Assembly (NCBI GenBank): GCA_043793345.1
Contig: JAYVXF010000094.1
Coordinates: 1 to 49,402 of the forward strand
From: Betaproteobacteria bacterium
GTDB lineage: Bacteria; Pseudomonadota; Gammaproteobacteria; Burkholderiales; Usitatibacteraceae
Reading direction: 5' to 3'
Length of the DNA: 49,402 bases
Shown here piece by piece: positions 26,975 to 34,373 of this stretch. The notes under the pieces were generated by a model. The model was not told where the DNA came from and did not search any database. It was given only the letters and a program-made list of their open reading frames with translations. A program made the position numbers and the translations under genes. Position 1 is the first letter of the stretch, and the number at the start of each line of letters is the position of its first letter.

Positions 26975-27295
26975 TTACTTACCGGTGTTAACCGGCTTTT
27001 GTGTAGCCTTTGGCGATAGCGTCGAGTGGTCATTCGCCTGCCCCGCCATCGGCATCGCGCTGGCTTCCTGCGCTTGGCTCATGTCGGATTTGGCGGATGA
27101 CCTTGTTTGCGGGGTGTCGTTCGCAGTGCCGCCTGCTTCGACACCGATGACTTGCGAGCGTGGGTCGATGTCTGTTGATGTGGCGGTTGCCTTCGCCTTG
27201 ATTGGCGGGGCGGATTTTTCTGTACAACCGGCTAGTGCGAACATGGCGGTGAACGCGACGATTCCCGCCCAAGGTCTCGTCTGTAAATTATCCAT
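26975..27295 (-). CDS. Small low-complexity lipoprotein (hypothetical)
   Basis: The signal peptide with lipobox is AMFALAGCTE. An AGGAAA SD overlaps the stop of the upstream transglutaminase-like gene. The mature part is Ala/Thr/Ser/Lys/Gln-rich and I recognise no family. Confidence 0.5.
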   Translation of the reverse strand: MDNLQTRPWAGIVAFTAMFALAGCTEKSAPPIKAKATATSTDIDPRSQVIGVEAGGTANDTPQTRSSAKSDMSQAQEASAMPMAGQANDHSTLSPKATQKPVNTGK

Positions 27296-27307
27296 GGTGA
27301 TTTCCTG

Positions 27308-28306
27308 TCAGACCGTTTGTGCGGCGTGAAACGCAGCGACCGGCGCCGGCACCAGCCAAGGCTCCAGCATCGTCTGCGGCATGGGGTTTGGTTGCGCCAT
27401 CCCCTGGGCGGCTGGAACGGCTGGAGCAGCTACAAAATAAAGGCAGCCGGTCGCGGTCGAGATGGCCTTTTCCATGCTCGCCGCGGGTTGGATTTTCACA
27501 CCGTCGTTAGAGACCAGCTCAATTTTCACGATCGGTCGCGAGCATTGGACGTTGCCAAATAACGTTGCGAACGAAACATCGGCCGCGTCGCGCCCGGTGC
27601 CGATGCGAATCAGGCCCATCACCGGCGTCATGCCGGTTGGGTCAAACAAATACCAGCGCTGGCCGAGGAAGACTTCAGCATAGGCGTGAAAATCAGGCTG
27701 GCCGAAAATGGGATCAGCGCCGTAATCGACACCGGTGACATAACGCGCCGGAATGTTCAACGCGCGGCACATCGAAATCATCAAATGCGCGTAGTCGCGA
27801 CAGACCCCTGCGCGCGAATCAAACGTATCCATCGCACAGGTCAGGGCGTCGGATGCGCCGGGCTTAAATCTGACATGCTGCGTGACCCACTCGCAAATGG
27901 CGGCGACGCGCGCATAGCCGGGCGCGGCATTGCCAAACATTGCCATCGCGACGCCGCGCATTTTGTCAGAGGGGCAATAACGGCTCGGCAAAATATACGG
28001 AATCACTTCGGACGGCATGCTGCGCAGCGCACGCTCTTCAATCGTTGCCGGGTCTTCAATGACGTGATCGATTTCGACCGTGCCGCGATAGCGCACCGTC
28101 GACGTGCCACCGTCGCTATATAAACGGTTAATGCGATTGGCCGTAACCGGATCGGTGAAGGTATACGACGGCGTCGCACCTTCGACCACCAGCGACTCGT
28201 TGAGTACGCGCTGCGCACGGGTGCGTGCCGGGCAAATATTGAGCACAAAGTCAGTCTGGCTTTGTACGTTGTATTGCAGATCAAGCTGATAATCCATTCG
28301 AACCAT
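27308..28306 (-). CDS. Transglutaminase-like cysteine peptidase-fold protein (N-terminal bacterial transglutaminase-N region + core)
   Basis: The catalytic triad context is GVCRDYAHLMISMCRALNIPARYVTG (Cys), DFHAYAEVFL (His) and WYLFDPT (Asp). The start is set at the ATG at 28306 (MVRMDYQLDL), which is preceded by GGAGGAAAAA. Confidence 0.8.
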   Translation of the reverse strand: MVRMDYQLDLQYNVQSQTDFVLNICPARTRAQRVLNESLVVEGATPSYTFTDPVTANRINRLYSDGGTSTVRYRGTVEIDHVIEDPATIEERALRSMPSEVIPYILPSRYCPSDKMRGVAMAMFGNAAPGYARVAAICEWVTQHVRFKPGASDALTCAMDTFDSRAGVCRDYAHLMISMCRALNIPARYVTGVDYGADPIFGQPDFHAYAEVFLGQRWYLFDPTGMTPVMGLIRIGTGRDAADVSFATLFGNVQCSRPIVKIELVSNDGVKIQPAASMEKAISTATGCLYFVAAPAVPAAQGMAQPNPMPQTMLEPWLVPAPVAAFHAAQTV

Positions 28307-28387
28307 TTTTTCCTCCGGGTGTGCGAGTGACACTGGTAATGTGGGACGGTAAACAAGCCGCATAACCGTGGCCGGCGGTCGAGAGAT

Positions 28388-28594
28388 TTACGGGTGGATG
28401 TCGTCCGCGCTAAAGTCGGTATGCGGCAAAACTTCCTGGGCCACATAGGCGGCGACGGTGATGATCAAACCAAACAATGCAATGCCCGCAGCCATTTTTC
28501 CGAGTAGCGAATAAATGGGGATCGCATGCGTGGTGAAGCCGAGTAGTGCTGCGAAGAGCGTAATGCCGGCAAAAACGGCAACGAGTATTTTCAT
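28388..28594 (-). CDS. Hypothetical small two-TM membrane protein
   Basis: MKILVAVFAGITLFAALLGFTTHAIPIYSLLGKMAAGIALFGLIITVAAYV... has two hydrophobic helices. It has no convincing SD and no family recognised. The longer 95-aa track version has an implausible Arg/Cys-rich leader. Confidence 0.3.
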   Translation of the reverse strand: MKILVAVFAGITLFAALLGFTTHAIPIYSLLGKMAAGIALFGLIITVAAYVAQEVLPHTDFSADDIHP

Positions 28595-28988
28595 TTCAAT
28601 TTCGTTTCTGAAAAAGGTACTTTGCATTCGATAGCCGTATCTTATGCAGCGCCGCGTTTTCGCGTTATCGGACAACTATGGGACTTGATGTAGGACGCAT
28701 GCCGACGCAGCGCAATGGCGGTCGGTCGAATACGATCACGACTTCGGCGCGAAGCGCGAAATTTGTCATTGCGCACGACCACATTTCGGCACGCGTAAGC
28801 CCAGCGACTACGCGCAGAAGCGCAAACGTCCTACACGCGTGTAGGCGTACGCCGATTATCAGATCGGGCGACGCGCCGTAAGGTGTCGGTGTTGGTGGCG
28901 CGTCCTCAACCGCGCGGTGCCAAGCAACACGAAATTCAAACAGGGCAATGCAACAACCTTTATTTTTATCTCACTCAGGAGTATTTCC

Positions 28989-29306
28989 ATGAAACATTTC
29001 AAATCGCTTTTCACCATTATCCCTGCGCTCGTGCTGGCAACGTTGCTGGGCTGCGCCTCCACCGCGAAACACGAAGGCACCGGAGAATACGTTGACGACA
29101 CCGTCATCACGACCAAGGTAAAGGCGGCAGTTTTTAACGAGCCGACGCTGAAATCGGCTGAAATCAACGTTGAAACATTCAAAGGCGTTGTGCAGTTGAG
29201 CGGCTTTGTAAGCGATGCAGGTGACGTTCCAAAGGCCGGTGAAGTTGCACGCGCTGTCGGTGGCGTGAAATCGGTGAAGAACGACCTGCGTCTCAAAGGC
29301 AAGTAA
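28989..29306 (+). CDS. BON-domain lipoprotein (OsmY-like)
   Basis: An AGGAG SD lies 8 nt before the ATG at 28989. Lipobox LATLLGCAS. The BON pattern is DDTVITTKVKAAVFNEPTLKSAEINVETFKGVVQLSGFV...VGGVKSVKNDL. Confidence 0.8.
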   Translation: MKHFKSLFTIIPALVLATLLGCASTAKHEGTGEYVDDTVITTKVKAAVFNEPTLKSAEINVETFKGVVQLSGFVSDAGDVPKAGEVARAVGGVKSVKNDLRLKGK

Positions 29307-29337
29307 TCCAACCGATGACTTTTAAGGAGAGACCAAA

Positions 29338-29484
29338 ATGCTTGAAACAATTGCCGTTATCCTGATCATCCTCTGGTTACTGGGTTTGGTCTCGTCGTAC
29401 ACGATGGGCGGATTCATTCACATTTTGCTGGTGGTCGCAATCGTGGTCATCGTGGTGCGCCTCATTCAGGGTCGCCGCGTCTAA
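29338..29484 (+). CDS. Lmo0937-family small membrane protein (48 aa; below the ORF-track length cut-off)
   Basis: My translation is MLETIAVILIILWLLGLVSSYTMGGFIHILLVVAIVVIVVRLIQGRRV. The WLLGLV..YT.GGFIHILLV....V...RLIQGRR pattern is what I recall for this family. AAGGAGA SD. Confidence 0.7.
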   Translation: MLETIAVILIILWLLGLVSSYTMGGFIHILLVVAIVVIVVRLIQGRRV

Positions 29485-29540
29485 TTCCTGTCCGCCCGCG
29501 ATGCACAGCGTATTTTCAACGAAGTGACGGAGAAAGCGAA

Positions 29541-29753
29541 ATGAATGCAGTCAAAATGTTGGCAATCGCGCTGATCGTGGCGGGCGGTTTGGGACTTATT
29601 TATGGTGGCTTTTCTTATACCAAAAACACCACCGAGGCCAGGCTAGGTCCGATCGCACTCGTGGTCAAGGACACGCAAACCATCAATATCCCGATCTGGG
29701 CGGGCGTGGGTTCAATTCTGGCAGGAGTAATTTTGCTTTTTGTGCGCAAGTAG
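29541..29753 (+). CDS. Small two-TM membrane protein (possibly DUF3185-like)
   Basis: 70 aa, two TM helices flanking GGFSYTKNTTEARLGPIALVVKDTQTINIPIWAG. GGAGAA SD. The family name is from memory only. Confidence 0.55.
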   Translation: MNAVKMLAIALIVAGGLGLIYGGFSYTKNTTEARLGPIALVVKDTQTINIPIWAGVGSILAGVILLFVRK

Positions 29754-29997
29754 CAGGCGCAATATTCCTGTCGCGATTTGGCCATCGACTTCATTGCGGG
29801 CGAAGCAATGCAGCGCATTTGTTGCGGGATGTGGCGGCCTGCCAGTGCGGTAACATGTTAAAACTTCGCCCGTTGCGGCGGCTCCTGCAAAATCCGGCAG
29901 GTGCTCCGCACCGGCTACAGGCCGCCGATTCGTTTCGCTTTTTTTTGATTCATTTGGCGCGAGCAGCCTGTCGCGCGCTTCAACACTTTCCCTGCTC

Positions 29998-31395
29998 ATG
30001 CCACCTCGCCTGCTTGACTACCTGTACGACAAAATGCTTTCGCGGGTGGGCTTGGCGCTGCTGGCGCTCGCGCTGCTGATCAATATCGGTGCGCCGTTGG
30101 TGGTGAATTCGCAAGTCGCCAAGCTGGATCAGGCGCGCACGCTGACTCTGCAGTCCCGTAATGTGATGGCCGAAATTATCGCGGTGCAGTCGATGTTGTA
30201 TGAGTCCGAGAGCGCACAACGCGGCTTTTTGTACACCGACAAGCCGGGCTACCTCACGCCGCTGAATGAAAACGAAAATCAGATCACGGGGCGACTCGCC
30301 AAGCTGCGTGAAATGGTCGCGGATAATTTGCAGCAGCAGACGCTGGTCGATCATTTGCGGCAGATTGCACTGGAAAAATTGTCCGAGCTCACCAAGACCG
30401 TGGCCATCCAGCAAATGGGCCGAAAGGACGACGCGCGCGCCATCGTGTTAAGCGATCAGGGCAAAAAACTGATGGACGAATTCGACAAGGAAGTATCACG
30501 TTTTTTGGCGCGCGAAGACGTACAGCTTCAGGAGCGTCGGCAAAACTGGAGCGACATCCAGTTAACCATGCGCTGGGGTTTCGCGGCGATTTTCTTCGTT
30601 AATGCACTGCTGTTGCTGGCCGGTGCCGTGACCATCATGCGTGATCTGGCGAGAAAGCGGCTTACGCTGGTGCAACTTGATGAACGCGCCGCTGTGCTGG
30701 CCTCCGAGGTGGCGCTGCGCGCTGCTGAGCTGCGCGCGCTTAGCGCCTATCTGCTGCGCGTCCAGGAGGATGAGCGCCGCACCATCGCGCGCGAGCTCCA
30801 CGACGAACTGGGCGGCACGCTATCGGCGGTGAAAATGGATATCGTCATGGGGCGCGATGCCGCCGCCAAACGCAGCGACGAAAAATCGGTCGCCCGCCTC
30901 GCGCGGGCGCACGCGGCAATCGGTGGCGCGATCCAATTCACCCGTCGCATGATCGAGGATTTGCGGCCGACATTGCTCGACAATCTCGGCTTCGAGGCGG
31001 CGCTGCGTTCCATGACCGAGCAGTTTACCGAGCGGACCGGCTGCGCGTGCGTGATCTCGTTACCCGAAGGCGATCTCAACCTCACCCCGGCACAGTCGAC
31101 GACGCTCTATCGCATCTGCCAGGAAGCACTGACCAATGTAATGAAGTACGCGAAAGCCAGGCAAGTGACGATCAGTCTGACCCGCGATGAATCGCAATGG
31201 AAGCTGCTGCTCGCCGACGATGGCGTGGGGCTTACGGCGACCAAGCAACATCGTTCGATGTCGCATGGCCTGCTCGGCATGCGCGAGCGTCTGGTCGCGC
31301 TAGGCGGCACTTTTGATATTCGCGGGGACGCGGGTCAGGGTACCAAGCTCAACGCGACTTTCCCGTTGGTGGAGAGCGACCCTTCGCCCGAGTAG
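29998..31395 (+). CDS. Sensor histidine kinase: CHASE3-like periplasmic domain + HisKA_3 + HATPase
   Basis: The NarX/DegS-type H-box is ERRTIARELHDELGGTLSAVKMD. The N-box is CQEALTNVMKYAKA, G1 is ADDGVGL and G2 is HGLLGMRERLVALGG. About 190 aa between the two TMs have a CHASE3-like helical pattern. The start (M1 versus M13) is uncertain. Confidence 0.8.
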   Translation: MPPRLLDYLYDKMLSRVGLALLALALLINIGAPLVVNSQVAKLDQARTLTLQSRNVMAEIIAVQSMLYESESAQRGFLYTDKPGYLTPLNENENQITGRLAKLREMVADNLQQQTLVDHLRQIALEKLSELTKTVAIQQMGRKDDARAIVLSDQGKKLMDEFDKEVSRFLAREDVQLQERRQNWSDIQLTMRWGFAAIFFVNALLLLAGAVTIMRDLARKRLTLVQLDERAAVLASEVALRAAELRALSAYLLRVQEDERRTIARELHDELGGTLSAVKMDIVMGRDAAAKRSDEKSVARLARAHAAIGGAIQFTRRMIEDLRPTLLDNLGFEAALRSMTEQFTERTGCACVISLPEGDLNLTPAQSTTLYRICQEALTNVMKYAKARQVTISLTRDESQWKLLLADDGVGLTATKQHRSMSHGLLGMRERLVALGGTFDIRGDAGQGTKLNATFPLVESDPSPE

Positions 31396-31492
31396 CACAC
31401 ACCGGCGACGGCGCACGCGTCGGCAGCAGTCCTACATCAAATCAGAAGATTGTCCGATAACGCGTCCTGCTGGTGCGCCATAACATGTTCGC

Positions 31493-31729
31493 ATGGACTC
31501 GAACATCATCAAACCTAAAGAGCACTTCAAATATTTGGCGATCTGCACTGGCCTCATATTTGTTGGCGTCTCGATGCTCGTGTTCGCGTCAGGCGGCCTC
31601 ACTGCGCTGCTCGGCAAGCTGATCATTTCGGTTTCGGCAATCAGCTTGCTTGGCATCGCAGTTACTTGCCTGATGGATCAGTACTACAAGACGCAGGTTC
31701 TTCTCACCGAAGTTTTTCACTGGCATTGA
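31493..31729 (+). CDS. Hypothetical small membrane protein
   Basis: 78 aa with two hydrophobic helices. No SD and no family recognised. Coding status is uncertain. Confidence 0.3.
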   Translation: MDSNIIKPKEHFKYLAICTGLIFVGVSMLVFASGGLTALLGKLIISVSAISLLGIAVTCLMDQYYKTQVLLTEVFHWH

Positions 31730-31760
31730 ACAATTTCAACGCCACCAAGGAGTAATGAAC

Positions 31761-32195
31761 ATGAAACAACTCATCATTTCCGCAGCGATTGCATCAACAC
31801 TGCTGCTCGGCGCTTGCGCCACCCGCACCGATAGTCGTCCCGTCTATGTCGAGGATTCGGCACGGGTGCAATTTGGCTATGTGGAGAGCATCGCGTTTGT
31901 TGACGGTCAGGGTGGAAGCTCAGGGGGCGGCGCCATCATCGGCGGCATCATCGGCGGCGTTCTCGGTCATCAGGTCGGCAGTGGACGTGGCAACACGGCT
32001 GCCACCGTGGTCGGCGCGGCGGGCGGCGCGCTGGTCGGCAATGAGGTCGAAAAAAACCGCAATAGCGGTGAGCGGATTGAGCTTAAGGTGCGCCTCGATA
32101 GCGGTGCCCGGGTGACCTACACACAGGAAAACCCGCGCGAATTCAGCACCGGCGACCGGGTGCGCATCGAAGGTGGTCGCGTATTCCGCGGTTAA
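31761..32195 (+). CDS. Glycine-zipper outer-membrane lipoprotein (SlyB / 17-kDa surface antigen family)
   Basis: Lipobox LLLGACAT. The glycine zipper is GGGAIIGGIIGGVLGHQVGSGRGNTAATVVGAAGGALVGNEV. The start is set at the second ATG (31761), 8 nt after AGGAG; the first ATG (31755) is only 2 nt from the SD. Confidence 0.8.
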   Translation: MKQLIISAAIASTLLLGACATRTDSRPVYVEDSARVQFGYVESIAFVDGQGGSSGGGAIIGGIIGGVLGHQVGSGRGNTAATVVGAAGGALVGNEVEKNRNSGERIELKVRLDSGARVTYTQENPREFSTGDRVRIEGGRVFRG

Positions 32196-32314
32196 GCGCA
32201 GAAGCACGACCGGGTAGCAAGCAGTAAACATCGCGTGATCAACGCCGTGGCTATTGCATTCCATTGGGCAATCGCCCGTATTTCAAAACGTGCAAAAGGT
32301 AAAAGGAGTTGGTT

Positions 32315-32545
32315 ATGAACTGGGATCAAATCGAAGGTAACTGGACACAAATGAAGGGCAAAGTGAAAGAACAGTGGGGCAAGCTTACCGATGATCAGCT
32401 CGACGTGATCGCTGGCAAGCGCGACCAGCTCTCCGGAAAAATTCAGGAGCAGTACGGCTACACCAAAGAACGCGCCGAAGAAGAATTGGATAAGTGGACG
32501 AAACTCAACAACGGCTCTCATTCCGAACGTCCATCGAAGTATTGA
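32315..32545 (+). CDS. CsbD-family general stress protein
   Basis: MNWDQIEGNWTQMKGKVKEQWGKLTDDQLDVIAGKRDQLSGKIQEQYGYTKERAEEELDKW is the canonical CsbD pattern. An AAAGGAG SD lies 6 nt upstream of the ATG at 32315. Confidence 0.85.
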   Translation: MNWDQIEGNWTQMKGKVKEQWGKLTDDQLDVIAGKRDQLSGKIQEQYGYTKERAEEELDKWTKLNNGSHSERPSKY

Positions 32546-32662
32546 TGCAAGCGCAATCATCCCAAGTTCCAAATCGGACTCGGGATGACGCGCCAAACCC
32601 CGTCTGCCATCACGCAATATCAATCAAGCTGTTTGTATCGACTCACTCAATAAGGAATTCCC

Positions 32663-33205
32663 ATGAAAATGAAACCCATTCACGCCTTACTCGCGGCCGC
32701 ACTCTGCGCCAGCAGTTTTGCTGCAACCGCTGCAATCACCAAAGACCAACACAAGGCCGCGACGAAAGACGCGGAAATGACGTACAAGAGCGCGAAAGCG
32801 GCATGCAGCAGCTTGTCGGGTAACGCGAAAGACGTTTGCGTTGCGGAGGCTAACGTCGTCAAGGCGCAGGCAATTGCAAAAACCGATGGCGAATATAAAA
32901 CCACGGCCAAACAACAATACGACGGCAGGGAAGACGTGGCCAGCGCAGAATACGCCCTCGCTAAAGCCAAGTGCGGCTCAAAAGCGGGCAACGACAAAGA
33001 TGTCTGCATCAAAGAAGCCAAGGCCGTTGAAGTCCGCGCCAAAGCAGACGCCAAGGCTGGCAACAAAGTGAGCGAAGCGCGTACCGATGCCGCCGACGAA
33101 AAGCGCAAAGCGAACTATAAAGTTGCAACTGAGAAGTGCGATGCTTTTGCCGGCGACAGCAAGGACGTGTGCATGAAGGAAGCAAAAGCGCGTTTTAATA
33201 TGTAA
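32663..33205 (+). CDS. Secreted Lys/Ala-rich protein with three 2-Cys repeats (uncharacterised)
   Basis: It has a signal peptide. The motif Y.(S/L/V)A(K/T)..C.....G..KDVC..EA(K/N) occurs three times, at residues 41-63, 97-120 and 152-175. Confidence 0.7.
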   Translation: MKMKPIHALLAAALCASSFAATAAITKDQHKAATKDAEMTYKSAKAACSSLSGNAKDVCVAEANVVKAQAIAKTDGEYKTTAKQQYDGREDVASAEYALAKAKCGSKAGNDKDVCIKEAKAVEVRAKADAKAGNKVSEARTDAADEKRKANYKVATEKCDAFAGDSKDVCMKEAKARFNM

Positions 33206-33251
33206 GGCGGATGAATGTTCCCCTGTGAGGCCGTAACTGGCGTCACTTTCG

Positions 33252-33277
33252 ACGGGCTCTTGTGGCCCGTTTTTTTA
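33252..33277 (+). terminator. Rho-independent terminator after the Cys-repeat gene
   Basis: ACGGGC-TCTTGTG-GCCCGT followed by TTTTTTT. Confidence 0.65.
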
Positions 33278-33313
33278 TCCGGGATCTTTGCCGGCTTGCA
33301 CTGACCGACCATG

Positions 33314-33340
33314 AAAAAGCCGCGACAAGCGCGGCTTTTT
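33314..33340. terminator. Bidirectional hairpin terminator (serves the entericidin-like gene on the minus strand)
   Basis: AAAAAGCCGCG-ACAAG-CGCGGCTTTTT has an A-run before and a T-run after the GC stem. It lies 20 nt beyond the minus-strand stop at 33360-33362. Confidence 0.6.
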
Positions 33341-33359
33341 ATTTCATTGCGTAGAAAAA

Positions 33360-33500
33360 TTATTTGTTTTTCTGTGCGCTGTTTTCGATCTTTTCCCCGG
33401 TGCGCTCGATATCTTTACCTGCGCCTGCAATGGTGTTGCAGCCGGTGGTAAATACGGCGACACTGCACAGGGCAGCCAGCGTAAGGACAAGTTTCTTCAT
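33360..33500 (-). CDS. Entericidin A/B-family small lipoprotein (46 aa; below the ORF-track length cut-off)
   Basis: My translation is MKKLVLTLAALCSVAVFTTGCNTIAGAGKDIERTGEKIENSAQKNK. It has the lipobox TTGC followed by the entericidin-like pattern NT..G.G.D....G..I. GGAGAA SD. Confidence 0.75.
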   Translation of the reverse strand: MKKLVLTLAALCSVAVFTTGCNTIAGAGKDIERTGEKIENSAQKNK

Positions 33501-33778
33501 GTGGATTCTCCGACTTGGTTGTTGAATGAATAACAGTTCATATGGGTGGTTGACTTGCCGACTAATAATGCAACGACGCGCGCATTACCCCAATAAGCGC
33601 GGGTCGCAATCGTCTGTCGGACAAACGCTGACACGGCGTTGCGAAATCGTCATTGAGCCAACGGGTGGGAGCTGCCGTGCGCGTTGTCGGCGTATTCCTA
33701 CATCCATATCAGCGGCCTGCCCATGTCGAACCAGACCATGTTTACCGATAATTAAATGACGTTAAGTTAGGAGCGACC

Positions 33779-34294
33779 ATGAAAACTTACCTCCCAACCC
33801 GGTTCGCAATAGCGGTCATGACGTTCGGCGTCATGCTGTCGATCTCGGGCTGTGATAAATACACCGACTCGGGCAAAACCGTTGGGCAAAAGCTTGACGG
33901 TGCTATCGACAAAACCAATGCCAGTGTCGCTGCTGCTGGTGAAAAAATTGAACAGAAAGTGGATCAGGCGGGTGCTGCGGTCACCAGTGCCGGCGCAGCG
34001 ATTGCCAACACCACCGGCAATGCAGTCGATAAGGCGGGCGATGCCGTATTCGGCAAAGTGGATCAAGTCGGCATCATTGCCGGGGACTCCGCAATTACCG
34101 CGTCGATCAAAGCGGATTTGCTCAAAGACCCGGGCTTAAGCGCGCTAGGCATCGAGGTCAATACCGTCAAGGGCGAAGTAACGTTGAAAGGAGCAGTCTT
34201 GACCAACGCGCGCAAGCAGCGCGCCGAAGGCATTGCCAGTCACATCGTTGGCGTGACCAACGTGATCAATTTACTGTCGGTTGGTGGCACCTAA
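33779..34294 (+). CDS. BON-domain lipoprotein with an Ala/Gly/Lys-rich repetitive N-terminal region
   Basis: Lipobox MLSISGCDK. The C-terminal BON pattern is DSAITASIKADLLKDPGLSALGIEVNTVKGEVTLKGAV...IVGVTNVINLL. TAGGAG SD. Confidence 0.8.
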   Translation: MKTYLPTRFAIAVMTFGVMLSISGCDKYTDSGKTVGQKLDGAIDKTNASVAAAGEKIEQKVDQAGAAVTSAGAAIANTTGNAVDKAGDAVFGKVDQVGIIAGDSAITASIKADLLKDPGLSALGIEVNTVKGEVTLKGAVLTNARKQRAEGIASHIVGVTNVINLLSVGGT

Positions 34295-34373
34295 CGCTGC
34301 GACTCATGCTCCGAAACGCAGCATTGGCGCGGTTCTGCAGCCGATTGGCGTATTGAGTGGCCGTGTTATGCGC

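Noticed and set aside
28970-32649. Shared 8-mer CTCACTCA just upstream of the SDs of the BON gene (28970-28977) and the Cys-repeat gene (32642-32649), and GGGCAAT upstream of the BON and csbD genes
   Set aside because: The words are too short, and two occurrences could be chance in 49 kb. I do not consider them evidence for a common operator without genome-wide motif statistics.
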